Origin: an uncultured Planctomycetia bacterium
GTDB lineage: Bacteria; Omnitrophota; Gorgyraeia; Tantalellales; Tantalellaceae
DNA: 64,000 nt
Assembly (NCBI GenBank): GCA_964409365.1
Contig: CAYPCX010000009.1
Span: 10,390 to 74,389, forward strand
Direction: 5' to 3'
Shown here: one piece after another, positions 58,320-64,000 of the stretch
How the letters are laid out: each line of letters begins with the position of its first letter
How positions within the stretch are numbered: the stretch's first letter is position 1
Notes under the pieces: model-generated
The model's input: the letters and a program-made list of their open reading frames with translations, nothing else
What the model was told of the DNA's origin: nothing
Databases searched by the model: none
Translations under genes and position numbers: made by a program

Positions 58320-60224
58320 ATGGATAACAAAAATCCCTTTTTAGAGCAAGAGATCGATATCAGGGAATATTTTCGTATTCTCTATGAGAGAAAGTGGCTG
58401 ATTATCTCCCTTACCATTGTATTGTGCACATTCTCTTTGATAAGATCTTCCATGTTGAGGCCGGTTTATAGAGCAAGGGCCCAGGTTCTCATAGAGCGGG
58501 AAACACCTCGTATACTTAATATAGAAGAAGTTTCACCGACCGAGTTCAAGGACAGGGACTATTATGAGACGCAGTATAAGATACTTAAAAGTCGGTCTCT
58601 TGCCGAGAGGGTCAATAAGACCCTGGGGGGATATCAGCCCTGGGATAATTGGGGAGGTCGCAGGAAAGCCAAAGAAAATGAACAAAAAATAAGCGACGAA
58701 AGTCGAGCTAGGGCGCTTTTAGGCAGAGTGGAAGTAAAGCCGGTACATAAGACGCAACTGGTGGAGATAAACGTCGAGGACGTAAACCCGAAGATGGCCG
58801 CAAAGATAGCCAATCTTTGGGCCGAAAATTACATCTCCTATGTGCTGGATACAAAATATGAAGCTACGCAATACGCTTCCGGATGGCTTCAGGGGAAAAT
58901 AAAAGGGGCCAAGGCCAATCTGGAAAAATCTGAACTTGATCTTCAAGAATACCGAAAACAAAACAAGATAGTTATCGATTCGGATGAGAGGACCAGCATG
59001 CTGCAACAGCTTTTTCAAAAAAAAGCTGAACTGGAAATAACGCTCTCTGAAAACCTTGAATATTACAAGGAAAAACATCCCGAGATTATAGGCATCAGGT
59101 CCGAGCTTGATTCCGTAGAAAGCAAAATAGAAGCTGAAAAAGAAAAAGAGCTTTATACAAAAGATAAGGAGATACAGTACCAGATACTCAAGAGGGATGT
59201 GAAGACCAACAGGGAAGTATATGAGGCGCTCCTAAGTCGTATTCGGGAAACTGAAGTAACGGGTGGATTGAAGGCCACGAATATCAGGATAATCGATAAG
59301 GCCACTGTTCCGAGAGGGCCTGTACGTCCCAATAAGGTCAAGGATCTTATAATCGCATTTTTGGTGGGAATAATAGGAGGCGGAGGTCTGGCATTTTTGT
59401 TCAACAGCCTGGACCAGAGCATAAAGACGCCCGAGGATATAAAAAATTATATCAGATTACCCGCCCTGGCATCGATCGCTTTACCCAAGGAAGATGATAG
59501 GGAAGCAAAACCTGAGTTCATCACTTCACAAAAACCCTATTCCACGATATCTGAAGCATACAGAAGTTTGCGGACAAGCATAATGTTTACAGCGGTCGAA
59601 CATAAGCGAAAAACGCTTATTTTAACAAGTTCCGGCCCCCAGGAAGGGAAGACCACGATCGCCATAAATCTTGCGATAGTTATGGCTCAGGCCGGGGAGA
59701 AGACTATCCTTCTTGATTGTGACCTGCGGCAGCCGCGTGTTGAAAAATCCTTCGATCTGAATATAGGGAACGGATTAACCGAAGTACTTGCTGGGAAAGA
59801 AGAAATCGATTCTGTCATCCATAAAACGCATATAGAGAACCTTGATCTAATAACATGTGGTTCGATCCCTCCCAACCCTTCTGAACTTCTGGGTTCAAGG
59901 AGAATGGATGAATTTTTACAAAAAGTTGAAGAGAGATATGACCGGATAATCATAGATTCACCGCCGGTTCTTGCCGTAACTGATGCGGTGGTCCTATCCG
60001 GCAAGGTCGATGGGACTATTGTCGTAGTGAAAGCCAATGAAACCAACCGGAATGCGATGTTAAAAACAAAAGAGATCCTTGAATCCGTCCAGTCATCAAA
60101 TCTTATTGGCTCTATTCTCAACATGGTCGAAACCGGTAAAACCGGCGGCTATTATTATTACCACTATTATGGCAAGTATGGTAAATACGGCCAGAAACAT
60201 AAGAAGCAAGAGCAGACCACGTAA
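58320..60224 (+). CDS. Polysaccharide co-polymerase / BY tyrosine kinase (Wzc-like)
   Basis: Two TM helices around a periplasmic coiled region, SEAYRSLRT, GPQEGKTT, DCDLR, IIDSPP, C-terminal Tyr cluster. Confidence 0.93.
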   Translation: MDNKNPFLEQEIDIREYFRILYERKWLIISLTIVLCTFSLIRSSMLRPVYRARAQVLIERETPRILNIEEVSPTEFKDRDYYETQYKILKSRSLAERVNKTLGGYQPWDNWGGRRKAKENEQKISDESRARALLGRVEVKPVHKTQLVEINVEDVNPKMAAKIANLWAENYISYVLDTKYEATQYASGWLQGKIKGAKANLEKSELDLQEYRKQNKIVIDSDERTSMLQQLFQKKAELEITLSENLEYYKEKHPEIIGIRSELDSVESKIEAEKEKELYTKDKEIQYQILKRDVKTNREVYEALLSRIRETEVTGGLKATNIRIIDKATVPRGPVRPNKVKDLIIAFLVGIIGGGGLAFLFNSLDQSIKTPEDIKNYIRLPALASIALPKEDDREAKPEFITSQKPYSTISEAYRSLRTSIMFTAVEHKRKTLILTSSGPQEGKTTIAINLAIVMAQAGEKTILLDCDLRQPRVEKSFDLNIGNGLTEVLAGKEEIDSVIHKTHIENLDLITCGSIPPNPSELLGSRRMDEFLQKVEERYDRIIIDSPPVLAVTDAVVLSGKVDGTIVVVKANETNRNAMLKTKEILESVQSSNLIGSILNMVETGKTGGYYYYHYYGKYGKYGQKHKKQEQTT

Positions 60225-60248
60225 ATTCGAAATGTCATAAGATCGGAC

Positions 60249-61721
60249 ATGAAATCCAGTCGCGTCCAAATTGAAGATTCCCTACTTATAGGATTATTAG
60301 CCTTTGCACCGTTAGCTTTAGGAAGTGTTCATGTCTGGGCATATTGTATATTAGCGACATTGTCTCTTATCATTTTTGACCTGCATTTTCTGAATAATAT
60401 CGATAAGTTAAAAAGAGTTCTAACCTTGCCGATATCTGTTGGAGCTGTAGCTTTTATCGGACTAACCTGCCTTTACGTTATACCTTTTCCGGAATATCTC
60501 ATTAAGGTTGTTACACCGGGAGCTTACACGCTTAGACAGACATATATGCTTGCACCTGTTTCCTGGCAAACGATCAGTATATATGCATATCCTACTATAA
60601 CAAGTATAATTAAACTTATTTCCTATGTAATGGTTTTTCTGGTCGTTGTTTCAAAAATCAGTTTGACAAAAAATGAAAATCAGGCAGCAGACAGTTCCCA
60701 CCCGGAATTCGTGCCACATACATTTATATTGCTCGGTGCGTTAACAGGTGTTCTTACGATTATTTTTCATAGTTTTTCTGATTTCAATCTTCGCATTCCG
60801 TCTAACGCGTTATATTTCACGGTATTCTCAGGCATTATTGCCGGGATCGGCTTAAAAAAGGACAAGAGCGTTCTTAATCTACCGTTTATCAAAAAATTAG
60901 TAAATTCAGTCATCATAATAGGTTTTGTCGTAGCAGTATTCGGTATCATACAAAGGTTCAGCTGGAACGGTAAGATATATTGGCTGATAAGAAAAAAAGG
61001 CGGAATATTCGGCCCGTTTATAAATTATGATCACTTTGCCGGATACATGGGCATGTGCGCAAGTTTAGCAGTGGCTTATTTTATGGCGTGCATAAGATAT
61101 TCGTCATTTTTTCAGATTAAAAAAGTAAAAGAAAAGCTGCTATGGTTTTCATCAAAGGAAGCCAATATGGCACTGATCTATTTGTTTTTATCGACAGTTA
61201 TGATAACAGCGCTGTTTTTAACCACATCGAGAGGGGGAATATTGAGCTTCAGCGCGGCTATGCTGGTGTTTTTCTTCGCGTGTATTGTAAGAACAAAGAG
61301 GAAAAGACGAAGCCGCGTGGTTTTTTCCATTCTGTTGATAGGACTGTTATTCTGTGTTCTGGTCATATGGATAGGGCCGGAACCGACGGTGGAACGTTTT
61401 AGGATGTTAAACAGAATGACAAAAGTCGTAATAAAGGAAAAACCCATTTTAAGCGAGATTAGGCCCCTAATATGGAAAGATACTTTGAAAGTAATAAAAG
61501 ATTATCCCGTTACGGGTACCGGGATGGGAACATTTTCATATATATTTCCCAAATACAGGTCATTCAGGGCTGATGATAAAAATTTGAAGTATGCTCATAG
61601 TGATTATTTGCAACTTGTATCAGAAACGGGTATCTTCGGGCTGGTATTTGCCATAGGTTTTCTTCTCTGGTATTTAAAGATGTTCGGAAGATGTCTGCGC
61701 GGGTTAAGGGAACAAGAATGA
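60249..61721 (+). CDS. O-antigen ligase/Wzy_C family membrane protein
   Basis: GPFINYDHFAGY, TTSRGG, IWKDT..IKDYPVTGTGMGTF, AHSDYLQ..SETG. Confidence 0.85.
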   Translation: MKSSRVQIEDSLLIGLLAFAPLALGSVHVWAYCILATLSLIIFDLHFLNNIDKLKRVLTLPISVGAVAFIGLTCLYVIPFPEYLIKVVTPGAYTLRQTYMLAPVSWQTISIYAYPTITSIIKLISYVMVFLVVVSKISLTKNENQAADSSHPEFVPHTFILLGALTGVLTIIFHSFSDFNLRIPSNALYFTVFSGIIAGIGLKKDKSVLNLPFIKKLVNSVIIIGFVVAVFGIIQRFSWNGKIYWLIRKKGGIFGPFINYDHFAGYMGMCASLAVAYFMACIRYSSFFQIKKVKEKLLWFSSKEANMALIYLFLSTVMITALFLTTSRGGILSFSAAMLVFFFACIVRTKRKRRSRVVFSILLIGLLFCVLVIWIGPEPTVERFRMLNRMTKVVIKEKPILSEIRPLIWKDTLKVIKDYPVTGTGMGTFSYIFPKYRSFRADDKNLKYAHSDYLQLVSETGIFGLVFAIGFLLWYLKMFGRCLRGLREQE

Positions 61722-61727
61722 ACGGAA

Positions 61728-62231
61728 ATGGTGAACGTGAGTAAGACGATCAGATCGATAGTAGTTGTGTTCTCGATTCTTTTTTTTATCCGTGTTGCAA
61801 CTATTTTTACCGCGGATCGTTTGTCCAGCATAAGTATGCTTGCTGAGAAGGAGAAGATAAACCGGGAAATCGCGTTATCTCTGGTTAATATTTCTATAAA
61901 GATCGATTCTGCCAATGCGGATATTTATATGCGAAAATATGATATTTTGCAAGATATCATAAGAAACGATGGAAGAGATAAGAGGTATGTCCTTTTAGAG
62001 CGTCAGTTGCACACCCTTAGACGTTGTATACAGCTTTGTCCGTCCTGGCCGGCATACCATATGTATTATGCGGTTACCGTAAGAAGAATGAGCCCACAGC
62101 CGAATATTCAGACCCGAAAGCTTATTTTATCGGAGATGGAAAAGGGCACGAGGCTTAAGCCTTATAGTAAACGTTATAGTAAAATTTACAAAAGATACCT
62201 TCAAAAATCCTCCTCCGAAATCGAACAGTGA
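61728..62231 (+). CDS. Hypothetical membrane-anchored TPR-like protein
   Basis: N-terminal TM; helical repeats such as CIQLCPSWPAYH and GTRLKPY. Confidence 0.6.
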   Translation: MVNVSKTIRSIVVVFSILFFIRVATIFTADRLSSISMLAEKEKINREIALSLVNISIKIDSANADIYMRKYDILQDIIRNDGRDKRYVLLERQLHTLRRCIQLCPSWPAYHMYYAVTVRRMSPQPNIQTRKLILSEMEKGTRLKPYSKRYSKIYKRYLQKSSSEIEQ

Positions 62232-62239
62232 TCTTGGTC

Positions 62240-62285
62240 TTGACATTCCAGGCTTATATTAGTACAATGTTCATTCATTGAACAT
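62240..62285 (+). promoter_or_regulatory. Sigma70 promoter with an overlapping palindromic operator
   Basis: TTGACA-17 bp-TACAAT; ATGTTCA-N5-TGAACAT at 62267-62285. Confidence 0.7.
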
Positions 62286-62343
62286 ATATTAAGTTCTTAT
62301 CTTATCTCTACTTAAAACCTGTTATCATTCGCATCTTAAGATC

Positions 62344-62682
62344 ATGAAAAATGTTGAAGATACTATAAAACTTCTTAAATATTTACAGGAAAATCCAAAG
62401 GCGACTCAACGCGAGCTAATGCGAGAACTTGGAGTAAGCCTGGGGAAAGTCAATTACCTGATAAATTTTCTGGCCGATAGGGGATTGATCAAATTAAAAA
62501 GATTTCGTAAATCCAATAATAAAGCCGCGTACCTGTACAAGTTGACCCCAAAAGATATTTACGAAGAGATTTCTGTCGCCAGGAAACATATTAAGAATAA
62601 GTTAGCGGAATATGAAGAATTAAAGGCACAGATCGAGATCTTTGCGAAAAGTATCGGGGAAAAAGACATCAATAGAAGTTGA
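62344..62682 (+). CDS. EPS-associated MarR family transcriptional regulator
   Basis: NPKATQRELMRELGVSLGKVNY, F.KSNNK..YLYKLTP, EYEELK. Confidence 0.9.
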   Translation: MKNVEDTIKLLKYLQENPKATQRELMRELGVSLGKVNYLINFLADRGLIKLKRFRKSNNKAAYLYKLTPKDIYEEISVARKHIKNKLAEYEELKAQIEIFAKSIGEKDINRS

Positions 62683-62701
62683 TATTTTGATCAGGAGAAA
62701 C

Positions 62702-63898
62702 ATGAAAATAGCTGTTATAAGTTCAGGCCACATACCATCTCAGTGGGCTCACAGCATAAACACGATGAAGACCGCAGATTCTTTTTATAAGCTCGGACAC
62801 GATGTTGAAATTTTGACGGTAGAAAGATACCCGGAAAATATGCAACGAAAAACAATAGAAAATATCCATGACTTTTACGGCATAAGCAGGGGCATAAAAA
62901 TATCATTTTTCCGGGACAACCTTTTTTTTTATTACAGCGGCATAAAGCCTGTACGGTTGATGAATAGAGCTTTGGCAAAGATTACGGGCAGCAGGATAAG
63001 ATATATCCGGGACCCGGAAAAGGTCATGAGTGAGTATTGCAAGGCAAGCAATGTCGATGTTTGTTACTGTAGAAGCTATAGGGCGGTCTATTATAACATT
63101 AAAAATAAAGTGCCTACTGTAATGGAATCCCACACTCCAAAGGTCGGGCATCCTGACCTTGAAAGGGTGATCGATCTAAGCGGGTCAGAACATTTTTTGG
63201 GTATTGTTACTATTTCGGAGGCGCTTAAGGATAATTTCGTTACCAAGGGAGTTCCCGCGGAAAAAGTACTTGTGCTGCAGGACGGTGTTGATGTTGGGGA
63301 TTTCATGGAACTCCCGTCAAAAGAAAAAAGCCGTGATATTCTGGGGTTGCCGCGGGATAAAAAAATAGTCGTTTATTGCGGCTCCCTTTTTCCGGATAAA
63401 GGGATAGAACATATATTACTGGTCGCTAAAGAGGTCCCGGATGCGGTTTTTTTGCTGGTAGGCGGCAGGGAGCGACAGATAAGGGCGTGGAAGGAATACG
63501 TCAGTTCTCAGGGAATAAATAATGTATGGTTCCAGGGGTTTGTGGAGAACAGGAAAGTGCCGTTTTATCTAAGAGCAGCAGAAGCGCTTATCATGCCTTA
63601 CAAAACGGATCAGGAAATAAAGGTGATGGATATCAGCACTACCTCACCGTTGAAGTTGTTCGAGTATATGGCCGCGCAAAAACCGATAATTTCTACGGAT
63701 ATCCCGGCGATCTCAAGGACTATTACGAATGGAGTGGACGGATTACTGGCAGAGCCCAACAATGTACAAGAACTGGCCCGGTTCGTGAAAATGGTTTTAA
63801 ATGATGAAAAGTTATCGGAAAAGCTTTCAAAAAATGCTTACAAGACCGTTCAAAAATATGATCTAAAAACGCGATGTACCAGGATCCTTCAGAGATGA
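62702..63898 (+). CDS. GT4 family glycosyltransferase
   Basis: AHSINTMK, DGVD, YCGSL..KG, SPLKLFEYMAA.KPII. Confidence 0.9.
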   Translation: MKIAVISSGHIPSQWAHSINTMKTADSFYKLGHDVEILTVERYPENMQRKTIENIHDFYGISRGIKISFFRDNLFFYYSGIKPVRLMNRALAKITGSRIRYIRDPEKVMSEYCKASNVDVCYCRSYRAVYYNIKNKVPTVMESHTPKVGHPDLERVIDLSGSEHFLGIVTISEALKDNFVTKGVPAEKVLVLQDGVDVGDFMELPSKEKSRDILGLPRDKKIVVYCGSLFPDKGIEHILLVAKEVPDAVFLLVGGRERQIRAWKEYVSSQGINNVWFQGFVENRKVPFYLRAAEALIMPYKTDQEIKVMDISTTSPLKLFEYMAAQKPIISTDIPAISRTITNGVDGLLAEPNNVQELARFVKMVLNDEKLSEKLSKNAYKTVQKYDLKTRCTRILQR

Positions 63899-63922
63899 CG
63901 GGTATATTGAGGCGGTAAGGAA

Positions 63923-64000
63923 ATGTGCGGAATTATAGGTGAGATATCTAGTAAGCAAATAGACGTTAATAAATTCATCCGGATGAGAGACGAATTGTTC
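63923..64000 (+). CDS. Asparagine synthase-type amidotransferase (3' partial)
   Basis: N-terminus MCGIIGEISSKQIDVNKFIRMRDEL with the Ntn Cys2; RBS-like TAAGGA; typical of EPS loci. Confidence 0.65.
   Translation, partial: MCGIIGEISSKQIDVNKFIRMRDELF

Noticed and set aside
60148-60190. TAT-rich repeat in the Wzc-like gene
   Set aside because: This is the normal tyrosine cluster of BY kinases.

Overview
Gene-dense bacterial chromosome segment from a diderm organism. Gene style, including a very large signal-peptide-bearing mosaic protein, suggests a PVC-group lineage such as Omnitrophota; this is inference and was not verified. Most of the window is housekeeping: pabAB, ispH, polyprenyl synthase, glgP, a UvrD-type helicase, era, mgtE, purH, folC, mnmE, folE, accA, gpmI, sat-cysC, speD-like, speB, leuS, comEA/comEC, tRNA-Leu(CAA) and tRNA-Ala(GGC). 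It ends in the start of an AT-richer Wza/Wzc exopolysaccharide locus. Three things stand out. (1) A pervasive family of 7-bp tandem-repeat arrays occurs at about a dozen gene junctions, often as inverted left and right arms. One such pair encloses an AT-rich four-helix-bundle (Avd/IVP-like) gene while others are empty, suggesting a candidate undescribed cassette/scar system. (2) One gene cluster joins an RsbW-like kinase, a STAS protein, MlaEFD, two FecR-domain proteins, an outer-membrane barrel and a CHASE2-PP2C phosphatase, with no sigma factor. (3) An ~1800-aa protein carries a signal peptide, two XRE HTH domains and a TM block. No CRISPR array, rRNA, integrase, transposase or reverse transcriptase was recognised. 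All calls come from reading motifs; no searches were run.
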